A DNA stretch of 64,000 nt from Takakia lepidozioides (lineage: Eukaryota; Plantae; Bryophyta): assembly GCA_030704615.1 (NCBI GenBank), contig CM060734.1, forward strand, positions 25,110,001 to 25,174,000. Direction: 5' to 3'. Under the pieces are notes generated by a model that was given only the letters and a program-made list of their open reading frames with translations, was not told where the DNA came from and made no database searches. Positions 16,521 to 28,148 of the stretch are shown here, piece by piece (positions within the stretch are counted from its first letter, which is position 1; the number at the start of each line of letters is the position of its first letter). A program made the translations under genes and the position numbers.

Positions 16521-18279
16521 TCAAATGAAATGGAGGGGAACAGCAGGCACGTGGCCAGGGAACCTAGGAAACCATATAGAACTTAGGGAACCGGGAACCA
16601 GTTACCAGATATTTTGGGTGTAACTTTAAATTTTAAACTTGAAAACTTATTAAAAAAATAAAAAATAAAAAAAAAAAACCCTTTGATCTAATTTAAATGA
16701 TTTAGAGCCAAATTGGTCATATCTTTGTCAAATGGGCTCTGTTTGACTCAGTTTTTTTGAGGGGACAGCTGCAGAAAGGGGAAATCTACCTATCTAGACC
16801 TGGTTTTGTTTTTGGGACTCTGCTAAAAATCTATGGAATTTTTAGAGTGTGAGTGTGCATGAAAGATCCACAATTCTGTTTCTAGAACCTGTGCTGGTCT
16901 ATATGAGAGACAAATCTGTGGATGTACTCCTTGTATGGCTGGGGGAAATGAGGACGTAATTGAAGGGCAGGTCTCTTCTCTTAGCCTGTGCACACAAGGG
17001 GACAGGATTTATGTTTCCCAAGGAACTCAGACTGATTTGAGTGGAGAACAGTTGGACGAGTTGATTGCATACTGGGGTCAGGCATTAGCAGTAGACAACA
17101 AGACTGCTGTAGTTGGCGTTGAGGGCCTCAATATCGCCTTGGACAGTCAGAACTCTGTTGGAGCCAGCAGTTCTGCAGCTGTGTGAAATACCAAAGTGGG
17201 TGAAAGCTAGGCTTGGAACACAGCCAAGACAGCCCCGGGACCAAGGTGTTCAGCCACAAGGCCGTGGTGTACTGGAGCAGAGGAGCAGGAGCTACACAAG
17301 TTTGTGCAATCAGACAGCGTTGCAGCCGGACACGCTCTGCACAGGGCAACCACGAGCGGGGGTTCATTTGCAATGACATGTTTGTTGTGCGTGAAGGAGA
17401 TGCAGTCATTCGCAATGAGGACACCCGCAACCGTCTCAAAGCTTTCGAGTTGAGAGACTATCAGACCCTACCTTTGTTTTCTTTAGTGTTCAGTGAGCGG
17501 GAGATAGGGGAGTATTGCTTTGTCTCTACCTGGCAGAAAGAGGAGGAGGGTTGGTTAGAGCGAGCTACTGTAGCTTGGGACAAGGTTAGTGGCAGGTTTC
17601 TGGACATAGATATACCTCCTACACCTTACCATCATGCAGAGCGAGGCACTTTGAGAGAAGTCTGGCAGTTGATAGCATAGATCAGGATTAGATCTTGCTT
17701 GGTCGGGCTTCTATTCTTCCCCTCCATCTCTGTACTATTTTCATTACCTTGTACTTGTAGTTGCCAAAGCCTCTCTTGGTGGAGGCCAGTCAGTCCGGGG
17801 TTTTGGGCTGGGCTATTCTGCAGGATCAGCATTGCAGCTGGATTTTGGTGGGGGGTGTTGATGTTTTGATTTCTTGTGTTTGGATCCCCCCCAACACCTG
17901 CATGCTTGACTGTGCGCCATGTTGGTTTTGTGTGGGCGCTTGCTTTCATAGGGATTAGGCCGGATTTGATCACCGGTCAATCCTAGAGTATGCTGTCGGT
18001 GGTGAGGCTGGAGTGATGACCAGCAAGACCACCAGTGTTTCTTCTATGGTGAGGCTGGGTTGATGACCAGCCAACCATAGGAGTTCTTGCGGTGGATGCA
18101 GGTGCAGGTGCCCTGAGCCATTGGGATATGACCCTTAAACTGCAACAGGTGCCCACCCGTGTCACTATTAGATACTAGAGCCTTATAGTGTCACGTGGAG
18201 GAGGTGCACATTGTGAGTGTCATTACGGAGTTACCCAAGGGTTTTGAGGGGAGTACGGCTACAGGCAGTAACAGTGAGT

Positions 18280-20273
18280 GGGTTCACAAGACGAGGTATT
18301 CGGTTCAGACCACCTTCACCGCCACCCTCAATTACTGTAGAGTCAGACACAGACTCGGAGGCTTCATCAACAGGTGTGCACTTTCATTCGCCATTGTTGT
18401 GGGACGACATGGGAGATGTATGGAGCTACCAAGGGGCCTCGTAGGTACTCTGGAGCTGTGGGCACAATCGAGTTGGATGACTTATCCAGGAGTTCGACAG
18501 CTGGTGTGATTTGCAGCAGATGCGCAATCCACAGCTATTCACCCCATTCATGGCGTGGAAGGGACTGTTCCAGCATTTGGAAGGCCCGCCTATGGACGAT
18601 TACCACGAGTTCAGGCGAGGACATGAAGCAGAGATTGAGGAGTGGAGGATGTATTGGTCACCTGACTACGTCTCCATTACTCGAGGCACGACGCGACCAG
18701 TAGCTGCATCAGTACCAATAGCTCCCACTGCCAGCACTAGTAGTGGAGCAAGTAGTGCTGGTACTTCTGCAGGTGGTACCAGTTCAAAAGGTGCTACTAC
18801 TCCTCCTGCCACGACTACAACACATGTGCTAGATTCAACCCGGTGGTGGAGTTCTTCCAGGAGTTGCGGAGGAACTACCAAGGTGTACGGACAGAGAAGC
18901 TGCGAAGTTTGCAAGACTTCCAGCGCAAACCCAGTGAGAGCCTGCGAGAGGCGTACACTCGTATGAGGCGCTTGATAAGTGTGACCCAAGGGGTTACTGA
19001 AGCTCAGGCAATCCAGTTTTGGTATGGAATTCTGGACAAGGAGCTCAGAGAAGGGTGCGAGATGCAACCCTGTTACAAGCAGCCCAACCCACATTAGCAG
19101 ATGTGTTTCTGCTGGCTGAGCGGATTGAGCTCAACATGGTGGAGGAGCGAGTTGTTACAATTGGATTGGCAAGGACATGCCTGCACGGGCACAGCTGTCA
19201 GCCCACAGGCACAAGGGACTGCCCAACAGCGTGGTCAGGGGGGCAAGGTTGCCCAGCCCAAGTTCCATGGAGCTTACAGGGGACCTCAGGTGCAGAGGCC
19301 CGTGGCATCTTTTGCAGGCCAACAGCAACCAGGGGTGATATGTTGGACATGTGGAGGACCCCATGTCAAGAGAGATTGCCCAGAGAGTGGCAAAAGGCCG
19401 GCACAAGCACAGCCTGCACAGTTGCAGTGTGGGCATTGTGGCAAGTATGGGCATGGAGATGCCCAGTGTTATGACTTGCATCCTGAGTTGCGCCCAGGCC
19501 AGTTCCAAGGGAACAATGGTGGCCGGGGGCGAGGTGGACCAGCCCAAAGAGGACGAGGTGGTCGGGCACGAGGTGCAGGCCAAGGGCAAGCTCCACATGG
19601 CCAAGGACGCGGAGGTCAGGGTGTTGACCAAGGCATGGCCAATCGGCTTCAGCAGCTAGAGCAGAGGCTCGCTGCCATGGCTATAGCTCAGGGTACGGCT
19701 CCCAGGCGGGATGGTCCACCTCCTGCTCCTGAGGGAGGAGATATGGGAGGCATGGGATTCATGTGCGGAGCAGCACTACCACTAGAGCAGGTGGAGTCTG
19801 CTGCAGCCGTGACTCGAGGAGCAGCACGAGTTCCTGAGCCACGAGGTGCAGAGGTGGAATTGGATCCACAACGTGGGGAGGCAAGCCGTCAGGCAAGGCT
19901 GCCTCAGTCATTCACCTTGGCGGAGACAGTGTCAACGCCATCCATGGCACCTAGTTCTCGCCCGACTGTTACCGAGGCGGAGGTTACTATGCCATTGGGG
20001 AGAGCTACACGTGCAGCACTGACACCTGCTGCCAAGGCTAGTGCGGCCGGTGTGTTATTGGGGGCAGCCACCTCTGTGTGTCAGGCAACAATGATTGCGA
20101 CGCCGGGGGTGAGACCAGCTGCAGTGTTCAGACTAGCAGCAACACTCTGTGAGAGTGGGGAGGTCACTTCATCTTCTGCGGAGTTAGTGGAAGGTGTAGT
20201 GGCAGAGGGATCCTCGGATTTGAGGGTCAAGACTGCCACGGCTGCGCCTGGCAAGCTGCAGCTGCCAGGTTGA
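18280..20273 (+). pseudogene. gag: gag of the DNMT element (frameshifted); two zinc knuckles and RGG-rich segment
   Basis: FQRKPSESLREAYTRM capsid-like motif; CWTCGGPHVKRDC and CGHCGKYGHGDAQC. Confidence 0.85.
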
Positions 20274-20700
20274 CGGAGCTGCCAGCTAGGCCAGCCTTTG
20301 AGCGCGCCATGGTGACACCTGGAGTTGTCTTGTTAGACAACCAGGGAGGCATTTTCACTTTGAGTGGACCGGCAGGCAAGAAGTACCGGCCACTGCGGGT
20401 CTTGTTGGACTCAGGAGCTCAGCCACTGATGTTGGGCAGAGCTGCTATTGCAGGTTTGGGCCTCATGGAGGCGGATATGGAGCCTTGTCCTTTCCAGATA
20501 CAGACATCTCTGGGAGGATCAGAGCAGGCTCGGGGCATGACACGGCATCAGTTGGCCATTAGACTGCAGCCGGATCATCCTATCGATGGCTCAGTGATGC
20601 GAGCCAAGGCCATTGTGACAGACGCGGTCTCTTACGATGTCCTCGTTGGTGGGGCAGTGTTATACCCCATGGGCTTCACCCTGGATTTTGGGAGGAGTCA
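20270..20700 (+). pseudogene. Retropepsin-type aspartic protease domain
   Basis: VLLDSGAQ active-site motif and YDVLVGGAVL. Confidence 0.85.
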
Positions 20701-21115
20701 GCATCCTACAGGCCTGGATGGCAGTCAGGGATGGTCGCCGTGCACAGCTCCCTGTGACATTCATTGGGGGTATTGCGCTGCCCAGCGGGGCAAGATGCCA
20801 ACACTAGCCGCCTTTACAGCTGCAGTTAGTTGGCCTGGAGAGTTGCTGGAAGGCAATGCCCATGCAGAGGATGTGCCACCTCCAGCAGAGAGCAGGATGA
20901 CATGCATGGTATGGCGGAGTTGCCTGCCATGGTTGCTCACACTCCATTGTGGGGTACGAGCAAGGATTTGCAGCAGGTTGCTGATCGACGGGTGCAACAA
21001 GCCTTGGGTAGAGCTTTTGTACCGTCAGGAGAGGAGGAGAGTGGGTATTGCACCAGGACCACCTCAGTTGTCACCATTGGATACCACACCTATTGTGTGG
21101 CAGCCGGATGAAGGC

Positions 21116-22060
21116 ATTTGCCTTCTGGACTTGTTTGGCGGGATCAGCACCGGATTGGCTGCTGTGCTACAGGCAGGTGTACGAGTTCGACGTTACCTGT
21201 ATGTGGAGGGATGAGACTGCACGACGCGTCTCACTGCGCCATGTTGCTCAGTTGGTACAGCAGTACCCTGACTTGTTGCCAGTGTCTGCAGTTCGTGGAT
21301 ACCAACAAGCCTTGCCAGCAGACATTTCTTGCTGGGGGCGCAGGATTTGGAGCAGGTTGGCTCCATTGATCTGGTAGTGGCAGGTTGGCCCTGCCAAGGG
21401 CATTCATCAGCCGGGCATGGCAATGGATTGCGAGACTCGAGGACGGGTCTGTTTTGGGAGATGGTGCGGATTTTGCGCCACTTGCAGCTTCATCAAGCTG
21501 TATCTCCAGCATACATCTTGGAGAATGTACCACTGATGGGTGATTCTCGGGCCAGGGTGATGGCCAGTGTGCATCAAGTCCGGTCGTGGCTTGGGTCAGC
21601 AGTGTTGCTGGATGCAGCTGCAGTGGGGTCACGGGCTCATCGTCCACGGCTATGGTGGACTAACTTGATGCCACCCGCACTGCTCAAGCGTGCATTTGAT
21701 GGGGTGCAGCGGCCAGCACACCTCACCGTGGATGGCATTTTGGACACAGGGGGCAGTCTCAACGTGTGAGACACGATGACCGTTCGCCTTTGGCAGTGGT
21801 CAACAGGGTGGGTCAACCACGAGCAGCATTACCTACACTGCTCAGCTTCCCAGGATCCCATGCTTTTCGGGATGGTGGACCTGGCCTCCTGTGGGATGCT
21901 CAGTTGCAGCAGTTAGTGGAGCCTAATGCCGACGAGCGAGAGCGGGCTATGGGGTTTTCCACTGGGACCACGGCGGTGCCTTCTCTTTCTGAGGCATCAC
22001 GTCGTCAGGTGTTGGGGCAAGCAATGGATCTCAATTGCTTGACCTGGATTATCAGCTTGG
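21116..22060 (+). pseudogene. C5 cytosine DNA methyltransferase domain (DNMT3-like) inside pol, split by three 1-bp frameshifts
   Basis: Motifs in canonical order: I LDLFGGISTG (21125), II YLYVE, III ADI, IV DLVVAGWPCQ (catalytic PC, ~21390), VI ILENV (~21515), VIII AHRPRLWWTNL (~21635), IX ERERAMGF..GTT, X RRQVLGQAM (~22000). Confidence 0.92.
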
Positions 22061-22498
22061 CTATGGCTGAGCAACGTAGAGTGCGGAGTGCACTTCCCTT
22101 GATGGTCTCTCTGCCTACCGAGACGGTACAGGCAGCGAGTGGGGGCGAGCCGGTGAGGACCACGGGTGTAGACATCCATGGCACATGTGGGAGGTGCTCG
22201 AGGTTCAGAGGGAGTTGGCAGCCAAGGCAGCTGTGATGGATGAGGTTGGGGATTCTTCTCGGGTTGAGGAGGTTCTCAATGATGAGATGATGGGGCAGGA
22301 TGAGGCCTTGTCATTGACTGAGCAGGAAGGGAGTACTGCTCAAGAGGTTGCAGCATAGCAACCACGGGACGCGTCCTACCTCTAAGCCACTGGACTTAAG
22401 GTTGCAGTTACGGAGGACAATTGGGAGCCTGACATTGGACCCATTGTCACCGGAGGAGAGAGACGACGTATACGGCGGTTCCTGAGGGCTTACAGGAA

Positions 22499-23840
22499 TT
22501 GCTTTGCCTTCAGTTTGAAGGACTTGGGAGCACTGAGGGTCAAGAGATCCGTATTGAGTTGGCCACTGACACGCCAATCTTTCGGAGACCCTATAGATAC
22601 AGTGACATGGAGAGGTCTTTGATTCAGATGAGGACTCAAGATCTCTGGGAGGCAGGTTTGGTGGAGCTCTCTGGTGGAGAGTATGCTTCAGCCACAGTGA
22701 TGCCAGCTAAGAAGGATGTCTATGGCAATTGGACGGAGAGACGTATGTGCGGTGATTACCGGCCTGTAAATCGTCAGACCAAGTCCGATAGGTATGCCAT
22801 GCCGACACCAGAGGAGATCTTTGATGCCATTGGGCATTCCAAGGTCTTTAGCACGTTGGATTTACGATCCGGATATCACCAGTTGCCGATCAAGGAGGCG
22901 GATAAGCAAAAGACGGCATTCTGGGGGATCAATGAGCACGGGAAGGATTGCCTATACCAGTGGCGGTTCTTACCATTTGGGCTTAAAAACGCTCCCGCTG
23001 AGTTTCAAAGAGTCATGGACAGGATTCTAGCAGGGGTGGAGTTTGCTCGGTGCTACATAGATGACATCATCATCTTTAGTGCTACGGTGGAGGAGCATGA
23101 GAGACACCTTCAGGGGGTATTTGAGCGCTTGAGGACGCACGGATTGAAGTTACATCCGGGCAAGTGCAAGTTTTTTCCACAACCAGATTGAGTATCTGGG
23201 TCACATGATATATCCTGGAGGATTGGGGGTACAGCAGACTAAGGTAGAGTCCATTGCACAGGTTCCACGCCCCACGGATGTGAGCCGAGTTCGAGCTTTC
23301 ATGGGGTTAGCAAACTATTACAGACGGTTTGTTAAGGGATTTAGTGCCATTGCAAAGGCTCTAACCAAGCTGACCAAGGTGGACCAGGAGTGGCAGTGGG
23401 AAGATGAGCAAGAACAAGCTTTTCAAGAGCTCAAGGCGAGGTTGACCTCGGCGCCCATTGAGACGACCTATCAGGGGGCGTCTTTTCAGCTGCATACAGA
23501 TTGGAGCATGCTGGGGCTTGGAGCGGTGCTCACACAGGTGGATGATGAGGGAAGAGAGTTCGTAGTGGCTTATGCTAGCCGCTCGAACAATGCTGCAGAG
23601 TCTAAGTATAGCTCATATGAGGGAGAATGCTTAGCTGCAGTGTGGGCCGTGGCACACTTCAGGTGCTATCTATACGGCAATCTCTTCACCCTTGTCACGG
23701 ATCACCAACCACTCAAGTGGTTGATGGAGTCAGACAAGCTTACGGGGAAGCTTGCACGGTGGGCACTCATCCTTCAAGAGTATGACTTTCAGGTGGTGCA
23801 TCGACCGGGTTTGGTCAATCGCAATGCAGATGGGTTGAGT
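22499..23840 (+). pseudogene. pol: Reverse transcriptase and RNase H (Ty3/gypsy)
   Basis: RMCGDYRPVN, LDLRSGYHQ, LPFGLKNAP, YIDD (23054-23065), LHTDWS, YEGECLA, TDHQPL, NADGLSR. Confidence 0.95.
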
Positions 23841-24199
23841 CGCAATCCATGCACGAGCCAACAGGATGACACTGGAGCTCGGTGGCATGGTGAGACGGAC
23901 GAGGAGATGGTGCCCGGATGGCATGCATCTGCATTTCTGTGTATCTTGGCAGCGGAAGGCCAGGTTGGACCTGCAACAGGGATGACTGTAGATCAAGTGT
24001 CTGAGGACCCTGAGGCCAGCAATGAGCAAGGTGGCGCCAAAGATATACATGAGGATTCAGTTGTGTTGGACTACCTCCGCACTGGAGACACGGCAGCCAC
24101 TGTGACTGCCAAGGAGAGGGATCGGATCCTACAACGAGCCAAGAGGTTCAAGTGGGAGGGGACACACTGCTCCGAGTGTGGGAGGATGGTCGAGTGAGG

Positions 24200-25270
24200 A
24201 TTGTGCCTCACCAACACAGCGGGCACGGTTAGTGCGGCATGCCCATGAGGAGTTGGGGCATTTTGGGGTGCGACGCACTCATAGTCTACTGCAGGGGCAG
24301 TATTGGTGGCGTGGTATGCACACAGAGGTGCAACAATTTGTGGCTAGGTGCATGGTGTGTGACAGGGTGCGTGCTTCATTCAACGCCCCTACTCCACAAT
24401 TGCACCCTCTTCCGATCATGGGATTGGGCTACAGGTGGAGTCTTGACTTCGCAGGGCCGTTGCCACTGACCATGCGCCACAACAAGTACGTGTTGGTGAT
24501 GGTGGAGCACTTCTCCAAGTGGATTGAATTGGTTCCATTGCCTGATAAGGCTAGTGAGGGAGCTGCGTATGCATTCTTGGATTGTGTGCTTAGCCGATTC
24601 GGTGCTCCAGCTGAGGTACTCACGGACCAAGGGAGAGAGTTCTTGGGGGAGTTTCAGGCTTTGTGTGACAAGGCCTTGATAGACCACCGCACCACTTCTC
24701 GGGATCATCCTGAGGCCGATGGCTTGGCAGAGAGAGTTGTTCAGACAGTAAAGAGGGGTTTGCGCAAGTATGGCTTGCAGAAGGGACACCTAGGAGATTG
24801 GGACCTTCAGTTACCCTGGTTAGCCATGGGCTACAGGTTCAGCAAGCAAGCATCACTTGCCTCCTTCTCACCATACTTTCTCTCTTTGGCCGAGAGCCGG
24901 ATTTGCCTACATCCATTCGCAGAGAAGCTGCTACAGTTCTTAACCTTGACAATCCGGACGTGTGGGCACGTGCATGTGAAGCAGCGTGCAGAGTTGTTTC
25001 AAGAGAGTCGATGCCATGGCTTTCGATAACCTTGCATTGCACAACACCGTGATACGTTGAGGTATGCTACCATACGTGGTGGGGGCTATCGTCCTGGGGT
25101 TCGAGATTCAACCCTGGTGACTATGTCTATCTGCAGCAGACTACTCCTACGACCCTGATGAACTGCAGGACGTGTTATTTTGAGGGTTCGAGAGGTCTTG
25201 CCCTCAGGCGTCTTGGTCTTGGACGGTCAGGATGGCATAACTTGGAAGGGACCATGTGCGTAATTGTGCG
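24200..25270 (+). pseudogene. DDE integrase
   Basis: H-x4-H...CMVC zinc motif, SLDFAGP, TDQGREF, DGLAER. Confidence 0.93.
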
Positions 25271-25338
25271 CCATGTCACCTCCGAATGTCGATGGCAGGA
25301 TTGACCCAAACCTGGCAGTGGTATCTGTAGGTTTGAGG

Positions 25339-25473
25339 TGCATGTTGTGTGGGTCTGCTAAAAGGGGCAGCCACCATGCTGTGGTGTGATCGATGCTCTA
25401 GAGGTTGGCCTATGGGATGCTGACTCCACCTCTTGAGATGGTTCCAGATGGGGATTGGTTATGTCCACATTGC
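25339..25473 (+). pseudogene. PHD finger at the C-terminus of pol
   Basis: Manual translation across two 1-bp shifts: CMLCGS...MLWCDRCSRGWPMGC/LTPPLEMVPDGDWLCPHC. This is the C4HC3 pattern; the His position reads Pro here. Confidence 0.85.
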
Positions 25474-25737
25474 ATGGATAGTGGGAGTGGATACAACATG
25501 GAAGGCTAACAAGAAACGCAAGGCCCAACTACTAGGAGACCTTGAACACACGAGATCCTAGCTCAAGTTCACAGATTGCAAGACGGCGACTAACGATGGG
25601 GCTACTTTGTACCCGCCTCTTGGTCTAATAGATTTGAGTACAATAGGACAGTGATAGAGGACTTAGTACGGCTTGTGGCTATTACATCTTGTAGCTATCT
25701 GGAGGTAAGGGACCTATCCACCAGCTAAGGGGGCGAT

Positions 25738-25821
25738 TGTGGCAGACTACTTTATTGTGCATATATGTGTGGTGTGGTTTGGACAGCGATGTAGTTGTGT
25801 AGCGATATGTATGCGCACGAC
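25738..25821 (+). repeat. Terminal repeat B1, preceded by a PPT-like AAGGGGGCGA (25727-25736)
   Basis: tggcagactac...gcacgac identical to 26121-26202 except one substitution. Confidence 0.93.
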
Positions 25822-25824
25822 CGC

Positions 25825-26122
25825 TGTCAAGTTAAATAAGCACAGTGTGAAAACAGCTAGAATAAACTAGTTATTTGTATTTAACACTTGGATTTAGGTC
25901 AAGTGTTAAATCAGGTGTCAAGTTTAGTTTGACACCTGGTCCGTCTTATCTTCACGAGAGCGGCAGTCGCGCAGCTCATCTCTCTCGAGTTGAGCCTGCG
26001 CGACCGAGCTCCTTCATCGCTTCAGATCTTAGTGTGCTTATGATGAGAGTGTAGGCTGTTGTGGGGTGGAGTCCCCATAGCTTGGGGTGCCCCTGGCTCG
26101 ACTATTATCTTAAAGAGTGATG
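25825..26122 (+). repeat. Terminal repeat A2
   Basis: Copy of 14285-14583. Confidence 0.95.
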
Positions 26123-26203
26123 GCAGACTACTTTATTGTGCATATATGTGTGGTGTGGTTTGGACAGCGATGTAGTTGTGTAGCGATATGTATGTGCACG
26201 ACA
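26121..26203 (+). repeat. Terminal repeat B2 (element 3' end, ...GACA)
   Basis: Copy of B1, followed by TSD GGGC. Confidence 0.93.
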
Positions 26204-26767
26204 GGGCTGCTATTGCTTTGGGACCTGTTGGACTGTGTTTCGCGTGCTCACGATTTGTTTTTCATTCCGTTTTTGAATGGGGCGTGTAATGTAGCCATAT
26301 GCAATGTGCGTGCCAAATTTGGGAGCGATCAAAATTCATTTGGACCCAAAACCACAGTTTTTTCCCTGTTTTGCACTCCAAACTTGATTTGTGTTCTACT
26401 TCATGCACTCTTCATAGAGAGTTCTACAATAGTGAGTGAAGAAAACATTTTTTTGGGGGGCATTTTTTATTGGTCCAAATTTTGGCGGGGGAGTAGCCGT
26501 GGGATGCTGGAAGCCGCAGAACAAAATTGAGCCAAAAACAAAATCGATACGTGCCAGAAACCCCCACTGAAAGGCAGTGCAAACCTATTTATTGGTTTAA
26601 AATAAATTTAAATTCAATTAAATTGTGGAATGGCTTGAGGGGGGAGCGCGTCGATGGGGAGGCAAATGATTATTTTCTGTTGTGTCCCCGCACATGTGTC
26701 ACACACATGTTCAAGCACATGCGGGCAAAAGAGGGGCTTCAACCACAACCGTTCAATGGGTGCAATA

Positions 26768-27263
26768 TTAATGATCAATGAAGGTCACAGCAAGCAGCCA
26801 CAACACAGGTAGATCGCCCGCCAAGCATTATAGACAACCGCCACAGGGAAATTGCAGGTACTGCCGCCATTGCGCACCCCAAGAGGGGAAGAAGGTACTG
26901 AATCTTGCCAGAACACCTAAATGCCTTAATGGCGCAGCTCCATGGCATTCAAGGGCACCTGAATCGAGCTCCATGCGCCCCCCGCCGCCATCTCTCAGCT
27001 CCAGCCATCCCTTAAGCACGATCGTCGTGGAGAGGGTTAGGGCAGGGAGAGATGAAGCGCGATTTCCCGCGATTTCATCCACGTGATTTCCCACGATTTC
27101 ATCCATTCGGGATGAAATCCATCACACGGGATGAACTCTACCGCGCAGGATGAAATCTATCGTGATTTCATCCGCGTTGGATGAAATTGTCTCTCGATTT
27201 TTCATCTGTGTCATCCTCAGAGGATGACATCCATTTATGGATGAAAAAATTAAAGAATAGGAT
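26768..27263. repeat. Repeat X (~280 bp) plus GGATGAAA-rich segment, probable DNA-transposon terminus
   Basis: 26768-27048 recurs directly at 29764-30043 and inverted at ~45665-45945. 27049-27263 holds many GGATGAAA/TTTCATCC motifs in both orientations and recurs inverted at 45474-45662, ending at the same TAGGAT. Confidence 0.75.
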
Positions 27264-27637
27264 GGCTCCATTAGGATCCCGACCTTATACCAAAAATCCG
27301 GGTAATGTAAATAACCAAAATTAACCAAATTCCAAGAAGGTTAATTAGGGGTTAGGTAACATACCACTAGTCTTAAACTATCAAGTTTTAAAAGAACCAG
27401 CCAGATCCATGGAGGGAGGGAGAGAGAGGGAGAGAGAGGGAACCCACCAACCATCCCCTGGTATGGCAGCTCCTTATGGAGTGAGTGTGGTATGCACTCA
27501 CCCCGTAAGGGAGTGCATACCAGACCCCATCACATAAATGACCTCCCTCTTCTTTGTAGCTTTTACTTCTGGTTACAAAGGAACCATAGAAATAAACATG
27601 CCTACAATCTCAACTCTCCAAGGTCAAAAAACAAAAC

Positions 27638-28148
27638 AAGTCGTGACAAACAAAGGTACATCAACACTTACATCAGAATGTAGAGTTTTACCTTTTAGCT
27701 ACACATAAGCTCTGGTAATGGAAAGATGAGGCCAATGAAGGGACTTTAACTCCGAAATTCATGAAGCAACAAATAGGAAAGAAACTTTTATCAACCCTTT
27801 AGTGTCTACCTAGCCCATGTTTTTGGGTACCACAAGTGTACAAAACCAATGGGGGCAGGTTTAGGTAATGAATTTTCTGCCATTGGCATGTTCCACGTTG
27901 GCAAGTTGTGACAAATGAAGGTACATCAACACATGTACATCAAAATGTAGAGTTTTACCTTTTAGTTTATATATAAGCTCTGGTGACCGGAAGAAGAGGC
28001 CAGTGAAAGAACCCTCAATTCCCAAGGTCATAAAGTAACAATCGGGAAAGAATCTTATATCAAACTTTTAGTGTTTACCCACCCCTTGTTTTGGGTAAAA
28101 CATGTGTACAAAACCAAAGGGGGCAGGTATTGGGACTTAGGTAATGAA
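27638..28148. repeat. Diverged tandem duplication, period ~265 bp
   Basis: gtgacaaa...aaggtacatcaacac...atgtagagttttaccttttag...gggggcagg occurs at ~27640-27875 and ~27905-28145. Confidence 0.8.

Larger units (their letters stand above)
14285..26203 (+). mobile_element. Ty3/gypsy-type retrotransposon gag-PR-DNMT-RT-RH-INT-PHD with split direct repeats (A...B-A-B) and 4-bp TSD
   Basis: Termini TGTC (14285) and GACA (26203); GGGC at 14281-14284 and 26204-26207. Domain order read from ORFs 18511-25029 plus manual translation of 25339-25473. Confidence 0.9.

Noticed and set aside
21116-22060. Host DRM/DNMT3 gene or bacterial restriction-modification MTase
   Set aside because: Intronless, continuous with protease and RT, no start codon or UBA/PWWP domains of its own, and no partner endonuclease.
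14285-26203. DIRS/Ngaro-type tyrosine-recombinase element, suggested by the split repeats and a methyltransferase
   Set aside because: No tyrosine-recombinase ORF was seen. The element has a protease, a DDE integrase and a TSD, and its MTase has C5 motifs (PC, ENV) rather than adenine-MTase motifs.
26828-27106. Recurrent ORF TLSTTIVLKGWLELRDG... (also 29824-30156 and 45635-45886) as a gene family
   Set aside because: Recurs only because the DNA repeat recurs; the starts differ and no domain is recognisable.
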